Position numbers and translations under genes: made by a program. A stretch of 62,168 nt of DNA, the filler included, from Basidiobolus ranarum (lineage: Eukaryota): NCBI GenBank assembly GCA_040143965.1. It is 14 parts of 14 records of this genome, joined end to end, with 100 filler letters (N's around TTAATTAATTAA, not from the genome) between each part and the next. Parts side by side here need not be neighbours in the genome. Positions count along the whole stretch, not along the records: positions 35,629 to 39,973 come from JASJQH010008873.1; positions 40,074 to 44,415 come from JASJQH010008874.1; positions 44,516 to 48,854 come from JASJQH010008875.1; positions 48,955 to 53,293 come from JASJQH010008876.1; 10 more parts are not named here. The stretch is one strand, 5' to 3'. Shown here one piece after another: positions 38,313 to 51,226 of this stretch. Within the stretch, counting starts at the first letter, position 1, and every line of letters starts with the position of its first letter. The notes beneath the pieces are model-generated. The model worked only from the letters and a program-made list of their open reading frames with translations, was not told the DNA's origin and did no database searches.

Positions 38313-38669
38313 TTAACTTTGAAAATATTTATCATTACAGAAGACAGAACCAAATCACCATAAAGAAACATTGAAGTTTATGTTATATTTCTGAAATAAC
38401 ATGGAAATCTTCTTTGACCAGAGCAAGTGTCGGGATGCATAAAAAAAATCTAAGGTATGTTTATGGTGTAAACTCTATCCGTTTAGATATACCGAGTCTA
38501 GGAGTTTACACTTGTTTGCTAGAGAATCCTTAGTAGCAATCCTATTCTGTAATCCAACTACTATTAGATACGTTAATCTGCTTTGTAAGATATTGATTCG
38601 GATGTGCTCTAATAAGTGAACTCTAACATTTACTAAGTTGATCAAACGGATCAAAGGTATCATTATCAT

Positions 38670-39010
38670 GACTTTCGGCACCACATACTTGAGTTCAGTA
38701 GTTCCCATCAGCTACGTATCCAGAGTCAAAGGAGGTAAACTGTGGGTTCAGGATGTTTTGTCGATATCCAGCAGAATTCATCCAACATTCCATGACTAGT
38801 TTATTGCTAGTGTAACTCATGACTACATTCGAGCATTTTTTGAAGATCACCATTTCCAGAGGCTGTTGTGTTTACTGGAGATATCCTTGCTTTTCTTTGA
38901 CCTCCACCATTAAGACGTTGAATACAATCGACATTTTGAGAACCAGATATATCCTGTATAGCTTGTAGTAAGAGAAAGGTTAAGCAAAGAAGGGTTTTCC
39001 GGCTTTTCAT
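38670..39010 (-). pseudogene. Secreted CAP/SCP-domain protein pseudogene
   Basis: Signal-like MKSRKTLLCLTFLLLQA, then DLQKML, then a jump to WMNSAGYRQNILNPQFTSFDSGYVADGNY*TQVCG. Central deletion and stops. Confidence 0.7.
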
Positions 39011-39051
39011 GTTTCTTGATACCTCTGGATTTGTTAGCTCAGTGTATTTTC

Positions 39052-39145
39052 AGAGTATATCATCAATAGCGTTGTATGTCCTACTTTAGAACAAGCAAAG
39101 AGTATATCATCAATAGCGTTGTATGTCCTACTTTAGAACAAGCAA
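39052..39145. repeat. Perfect 47-bp tandem duplication
   Basis: AGAGTATATCATCAATAGCGTTGTATGTCCTACTTTAGAACAAGCAA x2. Confidence 0.95.
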
Positions 39146-39684
39146 AATCAACAGCTGATTCAGATAACTACCCAACGAAGCTTCCACTTTATTAAAGATG
39201 CATCTGAAAACTTTATGACTCCACTGGGATCTCTACATACACCACTTCAGACTTGCCTATGTATGGAAATGAACCTATACAAGTACTGACACTATAGCAC
39301 AAGTCTCACTTCTCTATCATTAAGTTAACATGAATCGCGTCAAAGCAGAATCTTGATTGAATTTCTATAAACAGATTCGTTAATATCTTAATTTATTGCT
39401 TGCCATAGTGATAGTGTTGGTATAAAGACTGAAATGCTAAACTATATTTTAGATAGAGATATCACGTGCTTTGAGCTGTTTCGCGAACTGATCAAATTAA
39501 TCACTATGATCGAAGCAACTACACGAGACTTTGACTATTGGGATTTAGAGTTGATTCTTACCAGAACGAGGTATGAAATGTATTTATTGTTACAATCTTG
39601 CCTTGATTAAACGACAAAAGGGAATTTTGAAGCATGAGTAAAATGGCTATTAGGTAGTCAGTTACCTTCTTCAGCCCTAATTAG

Positions 39685-39905
39685 GGAATATTTCTTGGGC
39701 TAAAGGCGTAAATGTTATTGCAGTTTTAGGCGTTTGGAGGTTTATTCTCGGTATTGGAATTGGTGGTGACTATCCAGTATCAGCAGTCATTACATCCGAA
39801 TTTTCCTCAACAAAGCGACTAGGCATGATGCTTGCTGCTGTTTTCGCCTCACAGGGAACCGGTATATTAGTAGGAGGATTATTTACCGTTATAATGTTAG
39901 GAAGA
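39685..39905 (+). pseudogene. Pho84-like MFS phosphate:H+ symporter fragment
   Basis: VWRFILGIGIGGDYPVSAVITSEFSSTKRLGMMLAAVFASQGTG. Similarity is lost on both sides. Confidence 0.75.
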
Positions 39906-40073
39906 TACCCCCTTTCGCAAATTTAAATCTTCATCACCAGAAAACATATCTTTTTGTAAAGTTTGATTAGTATNNNNNNNNNNNNNNNNNNNNNNNNNNN
40001 NNNNNNNNNNNNNNNNNTTAATTAATTAANNNNNNNNNNNNNNNNNNNNNNNNNNNNNNNNNNNNNNNNNNNN

Positions 40074-40157
40074 ATATTGTGACAGCTCTCTGACAGTTTT
40101 GTGCTCCATCAGGGTGGATCCAATCTGGATCAAATTGATTTTATTTTTGTTGAGGTG
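40074..40157 (+). mobile_element. CACTA-family terminal segment (same family as 24633-24717)
   Basis: Reverse complement CACCTCAACAAAAATAAAATCAATTTGATCCAGATTGGATCCACCC matches the end of the CACTA element in contig 6. Confidence 0.7.
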
Positions 40158-40189
40158 AACCAATAACTCTGACCCAGTATAAGTATATT

Positions 40190-40935
40190 CAATATATACT
40201 AAAGAGGCATAATGTGGAAGAATGTAAACCAGCTTCTACCCCAATGGAGATAAATCTTAACTTGACTTTAAATGGCACAAATCATAAGTTACTGGATTCC
40301 AAACAAAGCCAGTAACCTCCATATCAATCTATGGTAGGTAGCTTAGTATAAATTATGGTTGGTACATGGCCCAATATTGCATATTCTGCTGAGGTTATGT
40401 GTCAATATCTACACAAATTTGGATTTGATCAAATCTTATCAGTTAAGAGGATTTTCTGATATTTGAAAGGCATTATGGATGTGTACTTGAGATATAAATA
40501 TTCAGGATCCAATTTTGATCCAATGAGATATTCAAATGTAAATTAGGGAAGAAATATGGATGACAGGAGATCTACAACAGGGTATGTTTTTTCTTCACAA
40601 TAATGGAGGTATTTCTTTAAATTCAAAGAACAATATGCTGTGGCACATTCAGCAATAGATGCAGAATATATGGCAGCTTGTGAAGTAACAACAGAAGCAA
40701 TAAGGATATGAAATCTCTTAGCAGATTTGGGCTATTCTCAAAATTTATTTAACTATAACTTTTCAAGATAATCAAGATTGTATCAAATTAGCTTGAAATC
40801 CCATGTTTCATACTAGAAGCTAATGCACAGATTTAAGATATCATTTTATTCAAGAGATAATAGAGAATAGGTTTATTTGCTAATTTATTGTTCTATTACA
40901 AAAATGGTTGATGACATGTTAAGTAAATTCCAGTT
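40190..40935 (+). mobile_element. Degenerate Ty1/Copia RT-RNase H
   Basis: CKPASTPME, PYQSMVGSL, DDRRSTTGYVF, AEYMAACE and FQDNQDCIKLA. Many stops. Confidence 0.88.
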
Positions 40936-40984
40936 GAGAATGATGGGTGATATCTCAGAGGAATATAGGACAACAGAATACTGC

Positions 40985-41431
40985 TCTATATGGGACTATA
41001 CAGGTGTGGCTATGTAAGTGTTTAGGCAATGCTAATTTCAACAATGACAACTCTACTTCTGTAGGTTCTTCCAAATAGTCCATTTATAGATATAAGCATA
41101 GCCTAGACATCTATATAGTTAAATGTAGCTTAAAATTCAGTTACTTGACAATTCACAAGGATATTGCCTCTTATTCTTCACTGGAATATACTTAAAATAT
41201 TTTTACCAACTTGGAAGCTTTCAGATGTATGCACTATTCAAACTTGTGCTAGAGGCCCCAAACTTTGCGCACACGTTCCTGAGACCTTTGGAAACATGTT
41301 CAATATGTTTTTTGCATAAATCTTTTCAAAACTAAAATGTCCTCTTTCTACTTAATAAATCAATAAATGAATACTACCAATTCTTAGAGGTCTCTAAACC
41401 ACTTCCAACAAGCTCCAACAATTCTTTAACA
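40985..41431. mobile_element. Family B LTR fragments (minus end to 41043; degenerate plus copy ~41090-41431)
   Basis: GGCAATGCTAATTTCAACA and CCACTTCCAACA...TTTAACA family B motifs. Confidence 0.75.
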
Positions 41432-42484
41432 ATATATTTGCCTTGTCCAATAAATGGGCATGATTTCCTCCATGCTTAACAGTGTAACTTACTCTTTATG
41501 ATGCATTTACTGTACTCTGGAAGTGTACACAATAAGGGAACCAATATGTTAGAGATGCAACAGAGAATAGTAACCTTGATTTATGTGCTGGAAGGTGGAA
41601 GAGATGATAGCAGTAGTGTTAAGGGGCCCTGAGTAAAAAGTAGATCTCAAGGATCAATATATTACTGAGAATCTACCAATATAGGTTGTGCATAACTAAA
41701 TATTGCGATATATGAGTTAAGCTGGATTCACAATAATGGCTTTGATGCTATCTAGAGCTCAATACATATTCTTTATTTCTTTAGGAACAGAGCTACATAA
41801 TTTTAATAAGATAAGTAAATTAGCATATTTCCTTCAACATTCTGACATTATTTTAACAACTTTCATATACTTAAAATAATCATGACTACACAGCTCTGAG
41901 ACCCAGGACCAAGGTGTTTAGTGATTTGAAAAATGTACATTTCAATTATGAAACTAAACAAATATCTCAATCATAAAGTACCAATGTGAAAAGCAGATTA
42001 TGGGTGGCAATACATCGGACTAAAATTAATCAGCAGTATTGCCTGGCTAGCATGATCTTTTTCCGCATCCTAGAAGAAACCTACATGTACCCGGTTAGTT
42101 ACACCTGTTTCAAAATCTAATACATTAATAAAATATAACATGCCAAGAACCTCGCTATCCACATTGGCAATTTTCTTCTGAAATGCAAAGTCTGTGGCTT
42201 TAATTGGTACACTTTAGAACGATCGAGTAAGCATGTTTGTAAATTATTGATCACGAGTATCTTTTCAGTAAATTACGTCACAAAGACTTTGCATTGCCAC
42301 TAGAATCTAAGCTGAGTAAACGCCTTATTGGTGCTCTTTGATCATGAGAAGTGGTACATAATTGCAACCCCCTTTTACGATTAAAATGCTAAAATACCAT
42401 ACAGCAAAGTGCTTCTTTTTTAACATTTTCTAACAATTTACAGCCAACAACAGTATTAATAGTAGCCGTTCAGCATAGGGTTTA

Positions 42485-43781
42485 ATGTTTATGTGGCTAA
42501 AAAATACCTTCTCAAAAGCGAGTGTTTCCTTTCTGCTTCTTAATAAAGCGCTCTTAACCACTTTGGCTTTCCAACAACCCTTCCAACAATCGAAATATAC
42601 TCCATTGGTGGCCCAAACTATACCGGAATTTCAGTCTTTTTTTCCCTCTTGGCTAAAAGAAGACTTTACTGGCTTGGAACCTGGAGATTATGTTTTCAAT
42701 TTTACTGATGATTTAATCAGGGGTCAACCTCGAGAATTTCTGGTCCACGTTCCAGAAATGCTATCTCATGACGGCAGTAAGATACCAATCTTCTTTGGCC
42801 TGCATGGAATGGTAAGTTACTTTAAGCTCGACTCACCAAGTGACTCAACAATTAAGTTTACTTAGGGTGACTCTCCAGAAAACTTCGCACACGGTACTGG
42901 CATGAATTTAGCTAGCGATACACACAAATTTTTAGCAGTTTACCCTAAGGGAAGTGCTTTGACTGTAGATTCTACTAGCTACACTTGGAATGGTGACAAT
43001 TATTTCTTTATTTCCCCTGTTCACCGGGCTTCCTTTATTAAAAAGTTCTCTTGTAGCTGGCACCTGTTGTCTTAGTAAGGGCGATGACATCAAATTTCTA
43101 AACCGCGTGATGAGATATTTGATAGATAGTTTAGGTGAAGAGAGGGTAGACTTTGATAGGATCTTCACGCTCGGCTTCTCTGCTGGTGGCGCTATGTCAT
43201 ACTCCTGGGCATGCCACAACAATGGACTCGGGATAGATGAAGATGGTGCACCTCTGGTCAAGTTCCGAGGAATTGCCCCCATGTCAGGTAGGAATTGATT
43301 GCCGTGAACACCCAATAATCCTAATTAATCACAACAGTACCATTGTAGGATCAATGGCGGGTAACTGCGATCACAAGTTTAACTCGAACAATGCCTTCTC
43401 GATTGCCCATTTCCATGGAACAAGTAAGTCGTAGGAATGTAAAATTCTCTTCCAGAATAACTCACTGAAACCTCTCTAGGTGATCCACTCTTCCCATACC
43501 GATATAAACTCTACTTGCCGATCGGATATAAAATCAGAACTGCTCTAGATACGATTAACTTTTGGAGTAACGAGAAGTTTCACTGCAAGTCCTCGAGTAT
43601 CGGGTATCATAATGGAACGGTCACTCAACATGTCTATCAGGACTGTCTTGACCATCGTGTTCGGGTGTCGCTAGTTGAAACTCAACGTGGTAAACACTCT
43701 TGGCCACCTGCCGAGTATGTCAATGCATCTGATTTCATTTGGAGATATTTCAACGAAAGAGATTCCACGTCCTCTTCGTAA
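42485..43781 (+). CDS. Secreted alpha/beta-hydrolase, LpqC/PHB-depolymerase/CE1-like esterase, 5 exons
   Basis: Spliced product contains LHGMG, AVYPKG, WNAGTCC, DDIKFL, GFSAGG (Ser), HGTSDP (Asp) and GKHSWP (His). Four GT-AG introns. Confidence 0.87.
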
Positions 43782-44060
43782 TATATTTGTATATTCTCTA
43801 AGACACTGCCCATTACATCTAAGTTTCATACAACCCGAATATCGCGGAGTTTAGTCAATTTATATCATGAATGAGGGCATCGTTAGCATTCCTTCAAGAC
43901 TGTCAGTTGTTCACATCGGTCAAGGCTATATATATCAATAAATGGAAAGTCGAATATATTTTATAATTGCACACACAGAGTTACTTGTAAAAATCATGGC
44001 TACTAAGTGGACTATTTCATAAACACTGGAAATCTAGGTTAAATTACAAACAGTAGATGT

Positions 44061-44415
44061 TCATTGCGTTCCATACAAAACTTGCTCCATTTTCAAATCA
44101 ATATTAAGTGTGTTAGGGAAAAGTTGGAACTTTTCGGCGAGATAAGTGACAATACGGAAATAAATACCCTCGGTAGCGTTTCGAATATTGATGCCATGAT
44201 CTGAGTCAGTGAACGCTTGGAATCGATACCGATGAACTCGGGCCATGGTAAAGCTATCCACGAGGTTCAACGAGTTCTGAAAGTGTACATTATCGTCGCC
44301 AGTGCCATGGATTAAAAGATAATCGGCATGATGGAATCCAGTCATGTTACGAATCTTCGATGCTTCATAGCCTTCAGGATTGTCCTGTGGCGTAGACATA
44401 TACCGATCAGTGTAC
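44061..44415 (-). CDS. Dipeptidyl peptidase IV (S9B, Dap2/Ste13-like) C-terminus, 5' truncated
   Basis: YTDRYMSTPQDNPEGY, YLLIHGTGDDNVHFQNS and FTDSDHGI. Confidence 0.92.
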
Positions 44416-44515
44416 NNNNNNNNNNNNNNNNNNNNNNNNNNNNNNNNNNNNNNNNNNNNTTAATTAATTAANNNNNNNNNNNNNNNNNNNNNNNNNNNNN
44501 NNNNNNNNNNNNNNN

Positions 44516-44750
44516 CCCACTTGGACCTGGACCACCTCTCGGACGAGCTGGCCTCTGGATTGGAAAGATATCTCTCATTCGCACTGTTTGTATAGCAGAA
44601 TTGGGATGGATTCAAATCCTGTGCTGGCTTTTCGGACTTGGGTGAAATCATATCTCCGACTGACTCATGTGCTGAACTGTAATGTGTAACCAGGGTATCT
44701 GCCAACGATTCTGGTACGCTGTCTCTTTTTTCTCGGCGCATTTGACTCAT
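44516..44750 (-). CDS. Hypothetical protein N-terminus, 3' truncated
   Basis: ATG-initiated frame open to the contig edge, with CpG-containing, gene-like composition. Confidence 0.4.
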
Positions 44751-46789
44751 TTATCTATTGAAATATAACCTGACCGCGGAAAGTAGGAAATTGAACGATG
44801 GGCTTTAGTAAATCACCCAGTTAAAGAAAAGATTTGTAAAGACTCTTATGTATGATCCTAGGACAATACAAGTACTGGTTCAACCACTGATGGATAAAAA
44901 CGAGATAGGTAAACACAATGGAGCTGAATGTATTACTAAAGAGAATGGGGCAGCCAGGACCATTTTATTAAAGCCGCAAGTGTGAGGCGTGGGGTGCGGA
45001 GCAAGCTAGCGGAGACGAAACTATACACAAACACCTAACACAGCTCCATCTAACTGATAATTTTGTTGGAGAAATATTCGTTGTTTCCTTCATCTGCATG
45101 TAGTCAATGTTTTGAATGCAATCTTAACTCTACGATTGTTTACTTTAGAAGTATATGACAGATTTACAATGGCCAGTATTTTGATCCTTTTTGGGAATCT
45201 CTATAAAACATAGATCTTGATTAAGAAATGATGCCGATCGGCTATTCCCGCTCATTGCTCCTTATATATTAATGTGAATGGGATCGAATCATTGACTACC
45301 TAAACGCAATAGTAGCCCCATTCAGCAAATTGTGATGTATGTTGCCAAATACGTATGCTACAATCATCTCAGTATTAAATTAGGGAATAATTAGAAAATA
45401 CCTCCAGGCTTTTTTGATTTCTTCGAATAGACTAGCGGATGGCACTCTTAAATCTGTGCCGTACCCAACACTTAGCAGAATTTCAAATTTCAAGTCTAGC
45501 CACGGAAATCAGACAGCTGGTTGGGTCGAGAAGACAGTATGTTTCCAGTTCGACGAGGAAACCGCGCATCTAGATTGAGATAATCCATTTGCGCTTACTG
45601 CCTTTCAGTGTATGTTAGTGTTCCCCATTCGCGTTCATATTCCAAATTAAAATAAATATTTACTATGTCATGTAACACATCTCTGGAATGGATAAAATCA
45701 ATAGACCTCTCATTTGTACACGCTGGAACGACAGTATATAGCTAGGTTGAAAATGGTTTTCAGCAACTTGGTATATTTCACCAATGGACTCATGTTTTAT
45801 TCTTAGATACTTTAAGCGTATTGAAGGCGCGATCATGGCACTTTGCTTATTCTGGACTTTTATCACATGTACTTTTGTGTTCCAAGTTATAAATGAATTC
45901 TTTGGATGAACTCGCAGTTGCTATAATTCTGACATCACCACTTTGCATTTAATATATTTCATTGCCGACAGAGTTCTATTTCTGTGTTAAGTACCCAAAA
46001 CCCCAAGCACGATCCATATTGAGGATGCACTTGATGTAGAACATAGATGGCCCTTTTCCAGGCGTACTCACACTCAGTATGTAACTGTTATAAGCATCTT
46101 ATGGCAATCGGTATACACTCCTCACAACTCGAGACATCGTCGAACATCTAATGAATGGAAACTAAGATCCGTTTAAGGTTACTTACACAACAGGAGGCTG
46201 ATTACCAAACCGCAGAAAGGCTAAAATACCATGTGGATATTTTATGGGTAATTTTTAGATAATCACGAGCGCTCTAAAAATGGTGCGAATGCTCACCTGG
46301 ATTTAAAAGGAGTCAAGTCCACTACCCTTTTGGGAGCAAAAGCAATCATCTGCTGACTATGCCAATGAACTCATCTTTTTTTGATGGAGCTAGTTGATGT
46401 CACTTCAATCAGCACATTTTTAGCATATACCTGGTGCCTATTTAGTAGAAGTTGGAGTACAGGTAAGGCTATTCTTACAATATGCTTATTGGCAATCATT
46501 GGTCAGTCTGCTAGATGGATGGTACTCTGATTGGATTCACACTTTAGCATGGGAGGATCTTCAGACAACAATTAATTAAAATACTTAGCGGAAGCTAATT
46601 TCTACTCTAAATAGCAACATGTAAGACGCTGAATGTTATTGGGTTCTAGCCATGCCCCCCTGCGCCCATCCTCAATGCTGTTACGCATTAACATACGCCT
46701 ATACTACAATATCCTTTTCTAGCCTGGCTTTCGCGTATACAGGAGAGGTACTAGATATATGCAGCTCGTTGATAATCTTGCTCTCCGAT

Positions 46790-47172
46790 CACAGCTGGGG
46801 CTAAAACCACGGTAGTTTCGCTGCTGCTTCTCTTATCCATCCTTCATTCCTGGCTGATGAAGATGCTGAGCACGCTCAAGCGCCTATTTTGCTTATCCCC
46901 ACCAAAGATGAGCCAGACTTTGTAAGAAAGCATTTATTCAGTTGTAGTTACTGACATAGACACTAATACTTTATCATTATTAGACTGAGTTCATGAATAT
47001 CCTTAGTAAGAAGCCATTTGGTGACAAGTGTCAGCAACACCGTTTCGACGATATGTTCCATGGGTTTGCAGCTGCTCGAGGTGATTACACCAATGCTCAA
47101 AATGTCAAGCGTGCCACTGAAGCAATTCAGTTGACTGGTGACTTCTTTAACTCGCATGTCCACCCAAACTAA
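46790..47172 (+). pseudogene. Dienelactone hydrolase (Aim2-like), 5'-deleted copy
   Basis: Only the last two exons remain (SLIHPSF..PTKDEPDF and DMFHGFAAARGD). High nucleotide similarity to 48150-48503, including the intron. Confidence 0.8.
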
Positions 47173-47526
47173 ACTATGCATAGTTTATGTTCAAACACTC
47201 ATTATTCTTGAAATGTGAAAATGCACTTATATTACGTATAAATAATCGGATTGATTTTAAATTCTGATCATGTATTTATTATTCTTACACCGGCTTTATA
47301 TTGATTTAGTGGTAAATGGATAATTGATTGATACAAAACTATCATTGGTATTTAAGTATAGGGACTGTCATCAAACATGTAGTTCCACTTCAGTTTCCAA
47401 TAAAATGTAAGTCGATGAATTAATGAGCAGGGAGAATGGATCCTAATTTAGCCAGTCACAGTACAATCGCTATTAACTAATAAAGCTGAATGAGGACGTA
47501 TTAACCGCCACCATATTTCGACCATT

Positions 47527-48503
47527 ATGTCTATCAACGAAGCCTGCTGCTCTCTTCCTCCAGCTATCTCCGACTACACTCCAAAGGGAACTTTCGAGAA
47601 AGTTGATGACCTACCCGTCTACTTTGTTGGGCCTAAAGTATGACTTTCTTAAATGTTACTACATCATTCGCTAGTCTACCTAACATATTTATCGTATACT
47701 CATAGGATGCTAAGAAAGCGGTTGTTTTGATTTATGATATTTTCGGTCTCCAGTAAGTTTGTCATTGAATAATACACTAAAGTAATATGGTAGCTAACTT
47801 TGAACTTCATTGGTCCCAATACCCATCAATTTTGTGACATTCTTGGAGAGATGTTCAACTTCCGTGTTGCTATGCCTGATTTCTTCCGCGGCAAACCATG
47901 GGATCAAAATAGAATTAAGCCCGACGATAGACCTACTGTGCGAGAGTGGCTAGGTACTGTGGCTAACTGGGATAATGTAAGAATCAAATTCTGGCACATT
48001 TATTTGGCTTACCAAACAAACGCTGACTTGATACGTGCATAGGTCAAAGTCGATCTGGAGAAAGTTAAAGGACGCCTCACTTCTGATGGCTTCATCAACT
48101 TTGGTATTGTTGGCTTATGTTGGGGTGCTAAGATGGCGGTTCTAGCTAATCGGGACGGTAGTTTTGCTGCTGCTTCACTTATTCACCCTTCAGCATTTGT
48201 TGATGAGGATGCTGAACTTGCACAGGCTCCTATCTTATTTATCTCCACCAAAGATTTTGTAAGAAATCATCTATCCAGTTGTAGTTACTGATATTTACAT
48301 TAACGTTTTATTATTACTAGACTGAGTTTATGAACATCCTTAGTAAGAAGCCATTTGGTGATAAATGTCAACATCACCGGTTCGAAGATATGTTCCACGG
48401 ATTTGCTGGAGCACGAGGCGATTACACTAATGCTCAAAATGTCAAGTGTGCTACTGAAGCAATTCAGTTTACTGGTGACTTCTTCAACTCGCATATCCAC
48501 TGA
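47527..48503 (+). CDS. Dienelactone hydrolase family protein (Aim2-like), 5 exons, possibly defective
   Basis: MSINEACCSLPP, YDIFG, MPDFFRG, GLCWG and HGFA. The intron-2 acceptor reads GG at 47812-47813, and EPD is missing relative to the upstream copy. Confidence 0.8.
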
Positions 48504-48954
48504 AGTCAAATAGTGTATGGAGAATATCTTAACACCGCTCTCATCATTCTTGAAGTGTAAACTATGATTTCAGAAAGATCACAACTTGGACCACATAGTA
48601 AATATTCTGATTTTAGAAAGATCACAACTTAGACCACATAGTAAATAAGATTATACAGTTTTATTTAACTATGAACCAAATATTTGGCTATGTATCACAT
48701 GCAGGAGAGATGACATTAAACAATGGAGTGCTAGCGTCTATTGGCACTTGTTAACACTTACTGTTACTGGAACTTTGTTACCCAATAGTACTAGATCATC
48801 CAAAATACGACTCAATCTCAGGTGTACTTTATTAGTTATCATTCTCAGGTGTACNNNNNNNNNNNNNNNNNNNNNNNNNNNNNNNNNNNNNNNNNNNNTT
48901 AATTAATTAANNNNNNNNNNNNNNNNNNNNNNNNNNNNNNNNNNNNNNNNNNNN

Positions 48955-51226
48955 CTTCGAATGGAGAAGAATTTTGTAGCAATCTAGTTGGGCATCAGTG
49001 ACTGATTTAGAATGCAGTGGAGACAGATTCAGCCCAATAAGTATTTACTGACTTTTAATAATCTATCGTTGATCTTGCCATCTGAACTATGGTCCTATTA
49101 GCACATTCTGCAACTCCATTTTGCTGTGGAGTATCAGGTACACTAGTTTGTTGCTTAATTCCATGTTTAGAGCAGAAACTGACAAGGTCTTTAGAGCAGT
49201 ATTCTCCACCATAATCCCCCCTTAGTACCCATATTTTTTTGTGCTTACTCTTTTTCTACCATTGCTTTGTAGTGCTTGAATGTAGTGAATGCTTCAGACT
49301 TAGATATGAGAAAGAATACTCAAGTATTTCTTGTTTTGTCATTAATAATGGTCGTAGAGTACCTTTTCCCACCTAGTGAGACATTTTTCATGGGCCCACA
49401 TAGATCAGATTGAATCAGGGCAAAATTCTGAGTGGATTTGATCTCTCCAGAGCTTGAAAACAGCTGTCTGTGCTGTTTTCTATATATGCAACCTTCACAC
49501 AGATCCAATTTAGTGATATTTCCAATGCCCAAGCCTGAAACAAGCTGATTTTGGATCATTTGGGTCAGTTTTTGTTCACCAATGTAGCCTTATCTTTTAT
49601 GTCATGTTTGACAGCTTATTCTACCAGTTTTGGCCAATTTGCAAGCTTGGAATGCAATTTGTTGATTTCTAGCTTGTATTAGTTTTGAGTTTGATCCCAG
49701 TAGCTAAATTGGTATTATTCTGATCTGTGATAGTGCATCCAGCCTTACTGAACACAAAAATTAGTCCTTGAGTTGTGCTTGGTTTACTGAGAGAAGATTG
49801 TTGGCAATATTTGGTACATAGAGTACATCATCTAATTTTGCAGATGGTGTGGCTGAATTTTGTTATGAATTGAATACAACTGTTCCCTTACCAACTGCAT
49901 CTAGTACACAGTCATCACCTAGGTAGACTTTTTTGTTTGGATTGGTTTAAGCTGGAAAACCAATCTTTCCTGATTGGCATATGCTGGGAAGCTCCTGAAT
50001 CAATGTACCATGTTTCTGGGCCTTCTTTAGTGGTTACTGATAGGGCAGACACAAAGAGCTAATCCCTATTGGTGCTTACTTGATTTGCTTGTTCCAATTT
50101 TAGCTTTTTGGCAAATATCCTCTTTGTGCAAGCTTTGAATAAATGGCCTGGTTTCTTGAAATACTTGCAGATGATGAATCTCCTATTAAGGGCACGATTA
50201 ATGAAGCCTGTTGGACATTTTACAGCGCCAAAAAATGCCTGCTCTGCATTATTTTGCTGAGAATTAGATCTCCTTAATTCTTTGTTCAAGAGCCTAGCAC
50301 CAACATATTCCATTGTTAATGGCACTGATCTTGATTCTATGGTAGTTATGAGGTTCCCAAACTCTTCTTGCAGGCTCCCAAGTAGTGGCATCACTAAGTC
50401 ATCTTCATTTAGAGTTGCTCCAATGGATGAGAGCTGATATGCCATAGTTTTTATCTGATTAATACAATTAAGCATAGAATTAACGGATTAATCTGAATTG
50501 AGAATAAGTTTTGCCAAACATATAGCCTATTAGGCAAACTTTTAGTCTCATATAGTCCCTCAAGTGTTTCCCAAGCATTTTGGATGTTTTTGGCTGATTT
50601 TATGTGCCTCAATTGAGAATCTCTGAGATATAGACAAAGTGTAGAGAGTGCTTTCCTCTGCTTCTTGTAAAAGGCAAGGATAGCTTCTAGTGATCCATTT
50701 TGCTCTATTTCTTCTCCTGTAATAAATCCCCAAAGGTCCTTCTCTTTGAGCACCATGTGCATCTTAAACTTCCAAAGGTGAAAGTCTTCACCATCTAACT
50801 TCTCTGTGGATGCTAAAATGTTTGTAATAGTACTGGTAGACATTCCTTTAACAGGTAGCTTGGAGCTCACAACCTGATAAAAGTGTTTAGGGGATTTGGA
50901 AGTGTTTTAGACAAGATTTGGATTTGTGAATTAGACACTTAAGTATCATTGAACTGAATATGTCCAATTGATAGCTTACTCTTAAGTAGGACTATTGGAT
51001 ATGCCTAGATCATAAAAAACATGCATCTTAAGCATGGGTGAAAATTTGACATGATTTGGAGAAGTTTTGAGAAAATAGTGAATATTGGTAAAGTTGATCT
51101 AATTGATATTTCTATCATTTAGAGCAATAAACACACATTTTTGAACGACAGAATTGAGTTCTAAATAATCAGAATAAGAATAAACTAACTACTAAATAAT
51201 GAGTTGCTATTTACCCACATACAACA
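48955..51226 (-). mobile_element. Degenerate Ty1/Copia: family C 5' LTR 51226-50875, PBS 50874-50862, gag, protease, integrase
   Basis: LTR TGTTG...TATCA followed by GGTTGTGAGCTCC. EKLDGEDFHLWKFKM, WYIDSGASQH, CEGC, SDLCGPM and PQQNGVAE. Confidence 0.92.
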
